Shown here in pieces: positions 43,743 to 53,699 of a stretch of 64,000 bases of DNA. The notes beneath the pieces are model-generated. The model made no database searches. It was not told the DNA's origin and saw only the letters and a list, made by a program, of their open reading frames with translations. The stretch is from an uncultured Gemmatimonadales bacterium (GTDB lineage: Bacteria > Gemmatimonadota > Gemmatimonadetes > Gemmatimonadales > Gemmatimonadaceae), in the NCBI GenBank assembly GCA_963793305.1, contig CAWBZV010000005.1, positions 1,184,001 to 1,248,000 on the forward strand. Direction: 5' to 3'. A program made the translations under genes and the position numbers. Positions within the stretch are counted from its first letter, which is position 1, and every line of letters starts with the position of its first letter.

Positions 43743-44542
43743 GGGATTCTACACCGACACGACCGTGTGCATCGGCTGCAAAGCCTGCCAGGTGGCGTGT
43801 CATCAATGGAACGAGTTGCCGGCCGCTGATGGGGGACGTACCGAGCTCTCCGGCGACTCGTACGACAATACCCAGCATCTCTCGGCCGTGAACTGGCGCC
43901 ACGTCAAGTTCATCGAGCAGATCACCGAGGACCGCGCGAGCGACGGATTCTTGCAGGGGTCGCGCTGGCTCATGATGTCGGACGTCTGCAAGCACTGCGT
44001 GCGTGCCGGTTGCCTGGAGGTCTGCCCGACCGGAGCGATCATTCGCACCGAGTTCGACACGGTCTTTATCCAGCAGAGACGTCTGCAACGGCTGCCGCGC
44101 CTGTATCAGCGCCTGTCCATTCGGCGTCGTCGATATCGGCGACGACGGCAAGGCCCACAAGTGCACGCTGTGCTACGATCGGCTGCAGCAGGGCAGGGAG
44201 CCGGCATGCGCTCAAGCCTGCCCGACGGAGTCGATCCGGTTCGGCGAAGTGACAGATCTCATGCAGCTGGCCGAGCAGCGCGTGGCGCAGCTCAAGGCCG
44301 AGAACGTCGACGCATATGTCTATGGGAAAGAAGAGATCGTCGGCGGGCTCAACTCTTTTTATCTCCTGGTCGACAAGCCGGAGGTCTATGGGCTGCCCTC
44401 GAAGCCTGAGCTTCCTTCGCACAACGTCGATGCGGCGTTCGAGCTGAGCGGGGTTGCCGCCGCGGCCATTGCGGTCACTGGCCTCGTGGCGTTCCGAAAG
44501 GGACGCATGGACGAGATGGCGCGAGCGGAGGGCAACGACTGA
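43735..44542 (+). CDS. fdnH: Formate dehydrogenase Fe-S (beta) subunit; +1 indel near 44077
   Basis: CIGCKACQVAC, CKHC...C...CP, CNGCRACISACP, KCTLC...PAC...CP; C-terminal TM. Confidence 0.9.
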
Positions 44543-45402
44543 TGTGGACCACGAACCCCGGCTCCGGAGTCGCGCTCGCGCCGCACTGGGGATGGTACGT
44601 CATTCTGTACTTCTTTCTCGGCGGCCTGGCCGGCGGCCTGATGGTGATCGCGGGTGGACTGGAGCTGGTCGGCGACGAACGAGATACGGACGCCATCCGC
44701 ATCGCGCACCGGCTGACGTTTCCACTCATCATCGCCTGCGCGTTCTTGTTGATCATCGACCTGGGCACGCCGACTCGCTTCTGGCACATGGTCTTCAAGT
44801 CCGATCGGTTTCCTGAGCTGATCATCAAGCCCTGGTCGCCGATCTCCCTCGGCTCGTGGATCTTGACCCTCTACGGTGGCGTGGCCTTCGTCAACTACTT
44901 CTTCGCCGACCGCGTCCGGGGTCGCCGGGCGTGGATGATCCTCGAAGGCCTCGCCGGTTTCGGGCTCGCCGGATATACAGGCGTGCTCGTTGCGGGGACC
45001 AGCAATGCCGTATGGCACAACGCGCGACTGATGGGCGCGCTGTTTTTGTTGTCGGGCGTCTCGACGGCATATGCGCTCCTCATGCTGCTCCTCCCGGCGA
45101 CGAGCGCGACGCAGCGCAAACTGAGCGACGGTGACTTCTGGGCAGTCGTCCTCGAAGCTCTGGTGCTGCTCATCATGCTCATCGGCCTCGGCTCACTCGG
45201 CCGCGTGTTCTGGAGCGGCTGGTTTGGCGTCGTCTTCTGGCTCGGCGTCGTAGGCCTCGGCCTCTTGGCGCCATTGGCCCGCCACTTTACGGCATTCAAC
45301 CCACGCCGCGCCGCGATGTGCGTGCTCGCGGGTGGCTTGCTGCTCCGGTTCGTGATCGTGATGTCGCCTCAGTTCCCGCGGGTCGCGCTATGGCACCTGT
45401 AA
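44542..45402 (+). CDS. NrfD/PsrC family membrane anchor
   Basis: WGWYVILYFFLGGLAGG, LIIDLG.P.RF, SPISLGSWIL, YTGVL. Confidence 0.9.
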   Translation: MWTTNPGSGVALAPHWGWYVILYFFLGGLAGGLMVIAGGLELVGDERDTDAIRIAHRLTFPLIIACAFLLIIDLGTPTRFWHMVFKSDRFPELIIKPWSPISLGSWILTLYGGVAFVNYFFADRVRGRRAWMILEGLAGFGLAGYTGVLVAGTSNAVWHNARLMGALFLLSGVSTAYALLMLLLPATSATQRKLSDGDFWAVVLEALVLLIMLIGLGSLGRVFWSGWFGVVFWLGVVGLGLLAPLARHFTAFNPRRAAMCVLAGGLLLRFVIVMSPQFPRVALWHL

Positions 45403-45731
45403 ACTCCTCGCGCTTCGCGCTCGTCGCCTCGGCACCGGGGCTGCGGCGTACGTTGGGCCTCGCAGTCTTCGCGACCATCGGCTTCGTCGCCTCGGCACTC
45501 GGGCTGCGGCGTACGATGGCCCTCGTAGTCCTCGGCTTCCTCTCAGCGTGCTCGCCGGAGGCGGTGCGCATGCGCGATGGCGGACCAGGCGCCGATCCAG
45601 GCAACACACCGCGTCTCGCTGTCCAGCCTGCGCGCGCGAACCCGCAGCCGGCCGATACGTCGCTGTGGCCGGGCAAAGCAATGGCGCCGGTCGATATTCT
45701 CGCCCGTGGCGACACCCTCCCGCACTCGTAG
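45390..45731 (+). CDS. Small putative lipoprotein in the fdh operon; start uncertain
   Basis: FLSAC lipobox followed by SPEAVRMRDGGPGADPGN; fills the nrfD-fdhE gap. Confidence 0.55.
   Translation: MAPVNSSRFALVASAPGLRRTLGLAVFATIGFVASALGLRRTMALVVLGFLSACSPEAVRMRDGGPGADPGNTPRLAVQPARANPQPADTSLWPGKAMAPVDILARGDTLPHS
45421..45534 (+). repeat. Imperfect tandem duplication, 63-bp period
   Basis: TCGTCGCCTCGGCAC..GGGCTGCGGCGTACG.TGG.CCTCG.AGTC.TCG at 45421 and 45484. Confidence 0.85.
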
Positions 45732-45745
45732 CCGAACGCAAAGCC

Positions 45746-46510
45746 ATGGAAGCCGAGCTCACCGTAATCCGGGCGCTAGCCCGGGAAATCACCCGTCTCG
45801 CGGGCACGGCACGGCCGTCGGTCACGGTCGATCTCGAAATGGCGAAGACGCGAGTGTCGGCAGGCATGCCGGCCCTCGCCGGAGAGCCGCTCCTGACCAC
45901 CGATCAACTCCTGGCCAACGCCCGCGCACTCGGCGCCGCGGTCCCGGACGTCGGCGAGGCGATGCTCGCGATCGCGGCCGCCCTCGCCCCTATAGCGAGC
46001 GACGAAGTCGCGAGCATTGCCCTTAGCGGTGCCTGGTCGGAAATCAGCCCACTCGCGGCTCGTATCGATGTCGATGAGTCGGCACTCATGACGGTGCTCG
46101 ACTACGCCGCGCGGCCAGCGTTGCTCGCCGCCGCCAATCGCCTCGGGGACCTGTTCGACGACGACGAGCCCAGTCGCTCTACGCGTTGCCCGATGTGCGG
46201 CGCCCCGCCACTCATCGCCGAGCTCTCAGGCAAGGACGGCGCCCGCTCGTTGCGCTGCGGCCGCTGCGCCGCCCGCTGGCGGTTCCCGCGGCTCGCCTGC
46301 GCCACCTGCGGCGCCGAGAACGCGGGCGCGCTCCACGCGGAGGGAGACGCCGGCATCAAGCAGGCCGACTACTGTGACCACTGCCACGGGTACCTCAAGG
46401 CCGTTTCGGTCCTTGCCCCACTCGACTACGTCGCACTTCTGGAGACAGACCTGAGGACTGTCGCACTCGACCTCGCCGCGATCGACCGCGGCTACGCGCG
46501 CGTCGTCTAA
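45746..46510 (+). CDS. fdhE: Formate dehydrogenase accessory protein FdhE
   Basis: CPMCG, LRCGRC...W, CATCG, CDHCHGYLK, LDLAAIDRGY. Confidence 0.9.
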   Translation: MEAELTVIRALAREITRLAGTARPSVTVDLEMAKTRVSAGMPALAGEPLLTTDQLLANARALGAAVPDVGEAMLAIAAALAPIASDEVASIALSGAWSEISPLAARIDVDESALMTVLDYAARPALLAAANRLGDLFDDDEPSRSTRCPMCGAPPLIAELSGKDGARSLRCGRCAARWRFPRLACATCGAENAGALHAEGDAGIKQADYCDHCHGYLKAVSVLAPLDYVALLETDLRTVALDLAAIDRGYARVV

Positions 46511-46511
46511 C

Positions 46512-47018
46512 TCAGGGCAACCCAACGAGAAGTCCGGCCGTGACACCGAGCGACCGATCGCTCCGCGCGCGAAAGCCAGAGAAGTTGTAGCTCGGCTCGA
46601 CGTACCAACCCAAGCGCCTCGTCGACCAGAACATGACGTCGAGGGCCAGCTCCGCGGAAAGAGACCGCGTGTGCCGCCGCCCACTCAGGTTCCACGCCAG
46701 TTCCGGCCCGGCACCGGCCATGAGCTCGACGGCGGGTAGCAGCGGAAATGGCTTCTTGAACACCAAGTCCGTCGAGACCTCTCGACGACCGTTCGTGCCA
46801 AACGCGGCGATCCCCGCTTCGACCTCGAGCCAGCGCTCGATCGGGGTGACCTCAACCGCCACGGTGCCGCCTACAGTCGATGGCCCTTCAGTCAGCCCCC
46901 AGTCGGCCGCGCCACCGATTTCGAGAACGGCCACGTGATCGGCCTCTTTCGTCTGGCCGAACGCCCGACTCCCGCTGAGTAGGATGACGCCCATCGCCAG
47001 CGCACGCAGCGCGCCCAT
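46512..47018 (-). CDS. Exported hypothetical protein, probable small beta-barrel
   Basis: Signal peptide ending RAFGQ; amphipathic strands. Confidence 0.65.
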   Translation of the reverse strand: MGALRALAMGVILLSGSRAFGQTKEADHVAVLEIGGAADWGLTEGPSTVGGTVAVEVTPIERWLEVEAGIAAFGTNGRREVSTDLVFKKPFPLLPAVELMAGAGPELAWNLSGRRHTRSLSAELALDVMFWSTRRLGWYVEPSYNFSGFRARSDRSLGVTAGLLVGLP

Positions 47019-47040
47019 GGGGCAAAATGCCCCTTGTTCG

Positions 47041-50000
47041 TCACACCTCATTCGTCCGCCGAAGCATCCACTCCTTCCATAGCGAGTAAATCGCCGGTAT
47101 CACGACGAGCGTCAGCACCGTACTCGTCACCATCCCACCCACCATTGGCGCCGCGATCCGCTTCATGACGTCCGCGCCCGTCCCCTGACTCCAGAGGATC
47201 GGCACCAGCCCGGCCATGATCGCCGTCACGGTCATGATCTTCGGCCGGATGCGCTCGACCGCCCCGTGCGCGACCGCGGCGGCAACGTCGCCACGCCCTC
47301 GTAGCTCGCCCGCCTGATGGCGCGCCGCATACGCGTGGTCGAGGTAGATCAACATGACGATCCCGGTCTCTGCCGCCACGCCGGCCAGCGCAATGAACCC
47401 GACAGCGACGGCCACACTCAGGTTGTATCCGAGGAACCACATGAACCACACCCCTCCGACCAGCGCGAACGGCAACGATAGCATGACGAGTGCACTTTCC
47501 GCGATACTCCTGAAGTTGGCGTACAACAGCAGCGCGATGATCACCAGCGTGACCGGGATCACGAGTCGGAGCCGCGCCGTCGCGCGCGCCAGCGCCTCAA
47601 ACTGCCCGCTCCACTCGATCCGGTAGCCAGGTGGCAACACCACGCGCCCGGCCACTGCGCGCTCCGCGTCGTGTACGTACCCACCCACGTCACGATCGCG
47701 CACGTCGACATAGACGATCTCGTTCAGCGCCGCATTCTCGGACTTGATCATTGCCGGCCCGCGCACGACCTCAACTCGCGCTAGCGAGCTCAGTCCGACC
47801 TGCGCCCCTGACGGCGTCGCCACCAACGTTTGGCCGATCTGCGCGGGGCTGTCCCGGAAATCCCGTGGATACCGCACGAGCACACCATACCGCTCCCGGC
47901 CGGCGATCACCTGACCCGCATCGGCGCCGCCTATCGCCATGCTGAGCGCCATCTGGACGTCGTCGCCCGTCAACCCATACCGCGCGGCAGCCGGGCGGTC
48001 AATGTCAACGTCGAGATAGTAGCCGCCCATGACCCGCTCCGCATACACCGAGTTGGTTCCGGCGACCGCCGGCAGCACCCGTTCGATATCACGGCCGATC
48101 CGGTCCAACGTGTCCAGACTCGGTCCGAAGATCTTGATGCCGACCGGCGTCTTGATGCCCGACGCCAGCATGTCCAATCGGTTCTTGATCGGCATCGACC
48201 ACATGTTCGCGACGCCGGGCGTGCGAACCGTGGAGTTCGCCTCGCTCACGATCGAATCGTACGTGACGCCGGGCCGCCAGTCCTTCCGATCCTTCAGCAC
48301 CGCGATCGTCTCGATCATCGAGAGCGGCGCCATGTCCGTCGCCGTTTCCGCTCGCCCGATCTTGCCCAACACGACCCGCACCTCGGGAATCCGGGCCAAC
48401 GCCGCGTCGCGCTGTTGCACGATGCGCTTTGCCTCGCCTACGCCGACAGCCGGTGCCAGCGACGGCATGTCCATGATGCTGCCCTCGTTGAGCGGCGGCA
48501 TGAACTCGCTCCCCAGTCGCAGCCAGGGAAACACGGTGATGCCGAGTACGAGCACCGCGCCGCCGATCACCAGCCGCCGATGCTGCAGCACGAACGCGAT
48601 CACCGGACGGTAGAGGGCGATCAACGCGCGATTGACCGGGTTCGCCGCCTCGGGTTTGACCCCACGCCGGATGAACATCCCCATGAGCACCGGCACGAGC
48701 GTCACCGAGAGCAGCGCGGCCGCGGCCATCGACAGCGTCTTGGTCCACGCTAGCGGCGAGAACAGCCGCCCTTCCTGATCCTGCAACGCGAACACCGGCA
48801 GGAAGCTCGCGGTCACGATGAGCAATGACACGAACAGCGATGGTCCAACCTCCTTCGACGCCTCGACGACCAACGCCCAGTGGTCTCGCGGCCGTCCTTC
48901 CGCCTCGTTCCGCTCCACGTGCTTGTGAAAGTTCTCGACCATGACGATCGCGGCATCGATCATGACGCCGATCGCGAGCGCGATGCCACCCAGGCTCATG
49001 ATGTTGGCACTCAATCCCAGCGCCCGCATCGCCAGGAACGCCATCCCGATCCCGATCGGCAGCGTAACGATCGCGACCAGCGCACTCTCGGCGTGCAACA
49101 AGAAAAGCAGTGCGACCAGGGCGACGATGATCGACTCTTCCACGAGCTTGCTCTTGAGCGTCGCCACCGCCCGGTCGATGAGACCCGATCGATCGTAGCC
49201 GTCGACGAACACCACGCCGCCCGGCAATGACGGCTGTACGGCCGCCATCGTGGCCTTGACCCGTCCGATCACCGCCCGCGGATTCTCGCCGAACCGCATG
49301 ACGACCCACCCGGTGACGATCTCGCCCACGCCGTTCAAGTCCGCGATCCCGCGCCGGATCTCCGGCCCCATCTGAACCGTCGCCACATCTCCGACCGTGA
49401 TTGGCGCGCCACCCTGCTCCGGGCCGAGCGAGACGGCGCGAATGTCGTCCAGACTCGAGAACCGCCCCCGCCCACGGACGATATACTCCGCGCCGCCCAT
49501 CTCCAGCGTCCGACCGCCAACGTCTTCGTTCGACCCGCGCACCGCGTCGGCTACGCGCTGGAGGGGTACATGATACGCCAGCAGCTTCGCCGGATCGACC
49601 GTGACTTGATACTGCTGCTCGAATCCCCCGAACGAAGCGATCTCCGCCACGCCCGGCACTGCCGTCAACGCCGGCCGGACGGTGAAGTCCTGCAACGCTC
49701 GGAGCTGCGCGAGGTTCAGCTGGCCGCTCGTATCGGTGAGGATGTACTGCATCACCCAGCCGACGCCGGTCGCATCCGGCCCCAACACCGGCCGCGCCTC
49801 TCGGGGCAGCTTCCCCTGGACACCGTTCAGGTACTCCAACACCCGAGACCGCGCCCAATAGAGATCGATCCCGTCCTCGAACACCACGTAGACCGCCGAC
49901 AACCCGAACTCACTCGTCCCGCGCACGAACTTGATCCGCGGCACTTTGAGCAGCTCCGTCTCCAGCGGATACGTCACCTGATCCTCGACCAGCTGCGGCC

Positions 50001-50181
50001 CTTGCCCCGGCCACTCGGTCATGACGATCACCTGCACGTCGGACAGATCCGGGATCGCGTCCACCGGAGTCCGCGCCAGCGCCCACGCGCCGGCGCCGGC
50101 GAGCGCGACGGTCGCGAGCAACACGGCGACTTTGTGCGCGACCGACCATTCGATCACACGCGTCAGGAATGTGCGGCGCAT
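47041..50181 (-). CDS. cusA: CusA/SilA heavy-metal RND permease
   Basis: DAIPDLSDVQVI, DLYWARSRVLEYL, LGPDATGVGW, MVEN, ETATDMAPLSM, GAVERIRPKIMT. Confidence 0.95.
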   Translation of the reverse strand: MRRTFLTRVIEWSVAHKVAVLLATVALAGAGAWALARTPVDAIPDLSDVQVIVMTEWPGQGPQLVEDQVTYPLETELLKVPRIKFVRGTSEFGLSAVYVVFEDGIDLYWARSRVLEYLNGVQGKLPREARPVLGPDATGVGWVMQYILTDTSGQLNLAQLRALQDFTVRPALTAVPGVAEIASFGGFEQQYQVTVDPAKLLAYHVPLQRVADAVRGSNEDVGGRTLEMGGAEYIVRGRGRFSSLDDIRAVSLGPEQGGAPITVGDVATVQMGPEIRRGIADLNGVGEIVTGWVVMRFGENPRAVIGRVKATMAAVQPSLPGGVVFVDGYDRSGLIDRAVATLKSKLVEESIIVALVALLFLLHAESALVAIVTLPIGIGMAFLAMRALGLSANIMSLGGIALAIGVMIDAAIVMVENFHKHVERNEAEGRPRDHWALVVEASKEVGPSLFVSLLIVTASFLPVFALQDQEGRLFSPLAWTKTLSMAAAALLSVTLVPVLMGMFIRRGVKPEAANPVNRALIALYRPVIAFVLQHRRLVIGGAVLVLGITVFPWLRLGSEFMPPLNEGSIMDMPSLAPAVGVGEAKRIVQQRDAALARIPEVRVVLGKIGRAETATDMAPLSMIETIAVLKDRKDWRPGVTYDSIVSEANSTVRTPGVANMWSMPIKNRLDMLASGIKTPVGIKIFGPSLDTLDRIGRDIERVLPAVAGTNSVYAERVMGGYYLDVDIDRPAAARYGLTGDDVQMALSMAIGGADAGQVIAGRERYGVLVRYPRDFRDSPAQIGQTLVATPSGAQVGLSSLARVEVVRGPAMIKSENAALNEIVYVDVRDRDVGGYVHDAERAVAGRVVLPPGYRIEWSGQFEALARATARLRLVIPVTLVIIALLLYANFRSIAESALVMLSLPFALVGGVWFMWFLGYNLSVAVAVGFIALAGVAAETGIVMLIYLDHAYAARHQAGELRGRGDVAAAVAHGAVERIRPKIMTVTAIMAGLVPILWSQGTGADVMKRIAAPMVGGMVTSTVLTLVVIPAIYSLWKEWMLRRTNEV

Positions 50182-50184
50182 CGG

Positions 50185-51354
50185 CTATTTCCTCCGCGTC
50201 GAGTCAGGCCGCGGCGATGCCATCTGCATCCCCCGCATGTCCCGCATCTTGGCCATGTCGCCGCCCTGACCGATCATGCTCTTGATGACATCGGCGAGGT
50301 TCGACTCCGAGTCGAGCAGGTATTGGGCGGACGTCACGACACGCTGGCCCGGCTCGACGCCCGACAGGATCTCGGCGAGCTCGCCGGCCGTACGCCCGAC
50401 AACGACGTCGCGCGGCTTGAGCGCCCCGCCGCCCCTGTCCACGAACACGATCGAGCGGTCACCAGTGTTGAGGATCGCCGAGGCTGGCACCGTGAGCGCC
50501 GAGCGCCCGGGCGCCATCAATGCGATCGTCGCGTACATGCCGGGTTTGAGCGCGCCATTGGGGTTCGGAACAACGACACGCGCGACGATGGACCGCGAAT
50601 TGCCCTGGACGGTGGGGTATACAAACCCCACACGGCCGCTCAACGTACGACCCGGGTACGCTGTGAGCTCGATCGTCGCGCGTGCGCCAACGCGAGCCGA
50701 CGCCGCGTCGACCTCGCGCACCTCGGCGTTCACCCATACCTCGGACAGATCGGCGACCGATAGCAGCATGTCGCCGGACTGGATCGCCTGGCCTTGGACA
50801 ACTTTCTTCTCGAGCACAACTCCGCTCACCGGCGCGACGAACGTTACGGTGCGCTCCACCGTCCCGGTCCGGAGGACGCTCGCGATCTGTTCGTCGCTCA
50901 CATCCCACGCGCGCAAGCGCCGCTTGCCGGCGTCGACGAGGCTGGAATCCCCAAGTCGGGCGGCCACCAGCAACTCGCCTTCGGCCGCGACCACATCCGG
51001 CGAATACATCGCGACGAGCAACTCGCCCCGACGCACGCGCTGGCCGGTCTCGTTCACGTACAGGCGCTCGACATACCCACCGACCTTCGGAACGATCTGC
51101 GACTGCCGGGCCTCGTCGGTCATGACCGTGCCGACCGTGCGGACCTCCGCCGCCAATGGCCGTCGCTCGACGGCGCCGAACGTCACGCCGAACCGCCGGA
51201 TCTGATCAGCGGTGAGACGGACAGAACCCGCATCGGACACCGGCAAGCCCTTCATGCCCGGCATCGCGGACATGCTGTCGGGTTTGCCCTGCGTGCGGCC
51301 GCACGCGGCGAGTCCGAGACCCAAGAGCACAACTGCTACGGCGCGGGTCATCAT
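50185..51354 (-). CDS. cusB: CusB-like RND periplasmic adaptor
   Basis: Lipobox LAAC; GYVERLY, YSPD, DLSEVWV, LKPGMY, SAQYLLDSES; Met-rich ends. Confidence 0.92.
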   Translation of the reverse strand: MMTRAVAVVLLGLGLAACGRTQGKPDSMSAMPGMKGLPVSDAGSVRLTADQIRRFGVTFGAVERRPLAAEVRTVGTVMTDEARQSQIVPKVGGYVERLYVNETGQRVRRGELLVAMYSPDVVAAEGELLVAARLGDSSLVDAGKRRLRAWDVSDEQIASVLRTGTVERTVTFVAPVSGVVLEKKVVQGQAIQSGDMLLSVADLSEVWVNAEVREVDAASARVGARATIELTAYPGRTLSGRVGFVYPTVQGNSRSIVARVVVPNPNGALKPGMYATIALMAPGRSALTVPASAILNTGDRSIVFVDRGGGALKPRDVVVGRTAGELAEILSGVEPGQRVVTSAQYLLDSESNLADVIKSMIGQGGDMAKMRDMRGMQMASPRPDSTRRK

Positions 51355-52688
51355 GGCAGGACCTCCCGTCCAACGGTTCGCTCGAGCTTCGCGAGCCCCT
51401 TCGCGAAATCCGTCAGCGCCCGCTCATACTCAGTGTCGTACTGAAACACGGTCGCCTGCGCCAGCAACACACTCGCGAAGTCGCCTCGCCCCGCTTCGTA
51501 GCTCGCGGTCGCCGACTGGAGCGTCGCCCTCGCCCGCGGCAGAATCGCCGAGACATACAGCGCGAGCTGTGTACGCGCGCGCTCGACCTCCGCGTACGCC
51601 TCGACCACCGCGGCCCGAATGTCGTTCGTCTCCACGTGATGCTGCGCATCGTCGGCCGCGAGCTGCGACCGCGCCTCGACCACCATCTCGCCTTGCTTCC
51701 GACCGCTATGAATCGGAATCGGCAACGAGACCATTGCGGTCACGAAATCCGGGAACCCGCTTCGCTGATCGTATTCGAGCGAGAAGTCGACATCGGGAAT
51801 GCGCCCCCTCCGCGCCACGTCCAGCCGCGCGGCGTCGGCCGAGATCATGGCCTCGTGCTCGTGCAGTGCTGGACTGGCCTGCACGGCCTCATCCTGCAGA
51901 TCAGACAGTGGCGGCAGAGGCGAGTGGGCCGCCGCGGCGCCGAGCGCGGGTGAGACGAATGAGACGCCCGTAGTAGAGTCAGGCAGCGCGGCACGGACGA
52001 CACGAATCGGCACCGCCGGACTATCGACCGGCGCGTCACTCGGACGGTCGAGCACCGCGTTGAGACGCGCGAGCGCCGCGACTCGTTCTTGACTCAGGGT
52101 GACCGCTTGATCCGCGAGCCGCGCAGCTTCGACGCGCGCTTTGAGCGCGTCCTGCTGACTCCCGGTCCCGGCGCCATACCGCGCCTCACTCGCGCGCCCC
52201 AGGTCGATGAGTACCTCGTGGCTCCGCCTCACGATCGCGAGCGCGCGGTCGACGAAGGCGAGATCGTAGTAGGCGTCTTTGACCTGCACGACTGTCTCCA
52301 GTCGCATCCCCTCGACCCGATGGCTCATCGCCTCCGCCTCGCGCACAGCGACCCGGCCGCGCGCCGCGGGAACGCCGGTGAACGGCACTGTCTGCGTGAC
52401 GCGAAGGACCGTCATCGTGAAGGAGTCGTAGAACCCTGGCCGCGCGATCGGCAGATCGGTCAGACCGAGGCCGAGGACCGGATCCTCCCACGCGCCGGCG
52501 GGACCGATGCGCGCACGCGCGGCCGCTTGCGCATGTTCCGCAACGTGAGTCGAGGGGTTCGCCCGGAGTCCCACGTGAATGAGCGAGTCCAGGTCGCTTG
52601 TTGTGGCTGGGCGCGTCGGCTGCGCGACCGCGAGGCCCGCGCACGCGACGACGGCCGCGAGCGATGGCGCGAAGAGTTGTGCTGACAT
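51351..52688 (-). CDS. TolC family outer-membrane efflux protein (CusC-like)
   Basis: Signal peptide; ANP, TQTVPF.G, VKDAYYDL, YEAG...F..VL; first gene of the RND operon. Confidence 0.9.
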   Translation of the reverse strand: MSAQLFAPSLAAVVACAGLAVAQPTRPATTSDLDSLIHVGLRANPSTHVAEHAQAAARARIGPAGAWEDPVLGLGLTDLPIARPGFYDSFTMTVLRVTQTVPFTGVPAARGRVAVREAEAMSHRVEGMRLETVVQVKDAYYDLAFVDRALAIVRRSHEVLIDLGRASEARYGAGTGSQQDALKARVEAARLADQAVTLSQERVAALARLNAVLDRPSDAPVDSPAVPIRVVRAALPDSTTGVSFVSPALGAAAAHSPLPPLSDLQDEAVQASPALHEHEAMISADAARLDVARRGRIPDVDFSLEYDQRSGFPDFVTAMVSLPIPIHSGRKQGEMVVEARSQLAADDAQHHVETNDIRAAVVEAYAEVERARTQLALYVSAILPRARATLQSATASYEAGRGDFASVLLAQATVFQYDTEYERALTDFAKGLAKLERTVGREVLP

Positions 52689-52799
52689 GCTCCGAAAGGG
52701 CTGAAGTCCACACCGGCCGCCGCGGATGCGACATACCGGTCGCCCCGCATCCCATTCAGGAACGCGAGACCACTCACGAGCTCCGAGTTGTGAGCGGGA

Positions 52800-53163
52800 C
52801 TAGAGCCGAGGCGGCGGCAGATCCGGAGGCGACGTTGCCGATGGCGGCATCAGCACGGCCAACAGCGGGATCGCGACGATTGGTGCGGGCGGCTCGGACA
52901 ACATTCGCGACGCTGCCACGATCGTGGCCGGCGCGCACGGCGCCATTGATTGGCAACCGTCGGGCGCCCATGGGAACCGGCACGGAGGCTGCTGGCCGGC
53001 CGGCGCCGGTCCTTCGACATGCACCGCCGACGGCGTCGACATGCCCGCCATCGCGCCCATTCTCGCTATCCATGCGCGAGCACGCGTACCCGCTCTCCAC
53101 GAAGACCAGCTGGAAAACGAGCAACGCCGACAACGCCGCAATGATGCGCCGACCCAGGTGCAT
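52800..53163 (-). CDS. CutF/CruR (DUF2946)-like leader protein; +1 indel at 53058-53063
   Basis: Removing one base joins a signal peptide (MHLGRRIIAALSALLVFQLVFVESGYAC) to a Met/Cys-rich segment and a C-terminal PPDLPPPRL. Confidence 0.65.
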
Positions 53164-53300
53164 GCGCTGCAATGTAGCACGCCTGCTGGAGTAGCGCCGA
53201 GGCCGCCAAGGTCGTGCTTGCCTCAATCCAGGGATGGCTCTACGGTTGGCGGACTATTTCACCGTCGCCGTCAACGCCGTCTCTCACGCAGGAGTAAGCC

Positions 53301-53699
53301 GTGAGCTCCAAGCAATGGGTGTGGTGGTTTAGTGCGGTATCGGTGATCCTCATATTGTGGGGAATCGTATTCGCCTTTTTCGGCCTGGGCGTCCTTCCGG
53401 TCGATAGGAACGTGTTGCTCTCGTGGGAGAGCGCCATCTACGGCGCCATCATGATGGGATGGGGCACGACTCTCCTGCTGATCGGCCGGGTTGCGCTCCA
53501 ACGGAACGATCCTGAGCTGACAAAGCCCCTCCTGCTCGGCCTCGCCGTATGGCTGCTCGTCGAAGCGGCGTTTTCGGCCCGATTGGGCGTGTGGTTCAAC
53601 GTCGGGGTCGACGCCGGCGTGCTGCTGCTCTTCGGCATTCCACTGGTCGCGAGCATGCGCGCTAAGTCCCAGTCTCCCCAGCAGCCGCTGCGCCACTGA
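53301..53699 (+). CDS. Hypothetical 4-TM membrane protein
   Basis: AGGAG RBS before GTG; four hydrophobic segments. Confidence 0.75.
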   Translation: MSSKQWVWWFSAVSVILILWGIVFAFFGLGVLPVDRNVLLSWESAIYGAIMMGWGTTLLLIGRVALQRNDPELTKPLLLGLAVWLLVEAAFSARLGVWFNVGVDAGVLLLFGIPLVASMRAKSQSPQQPLRH

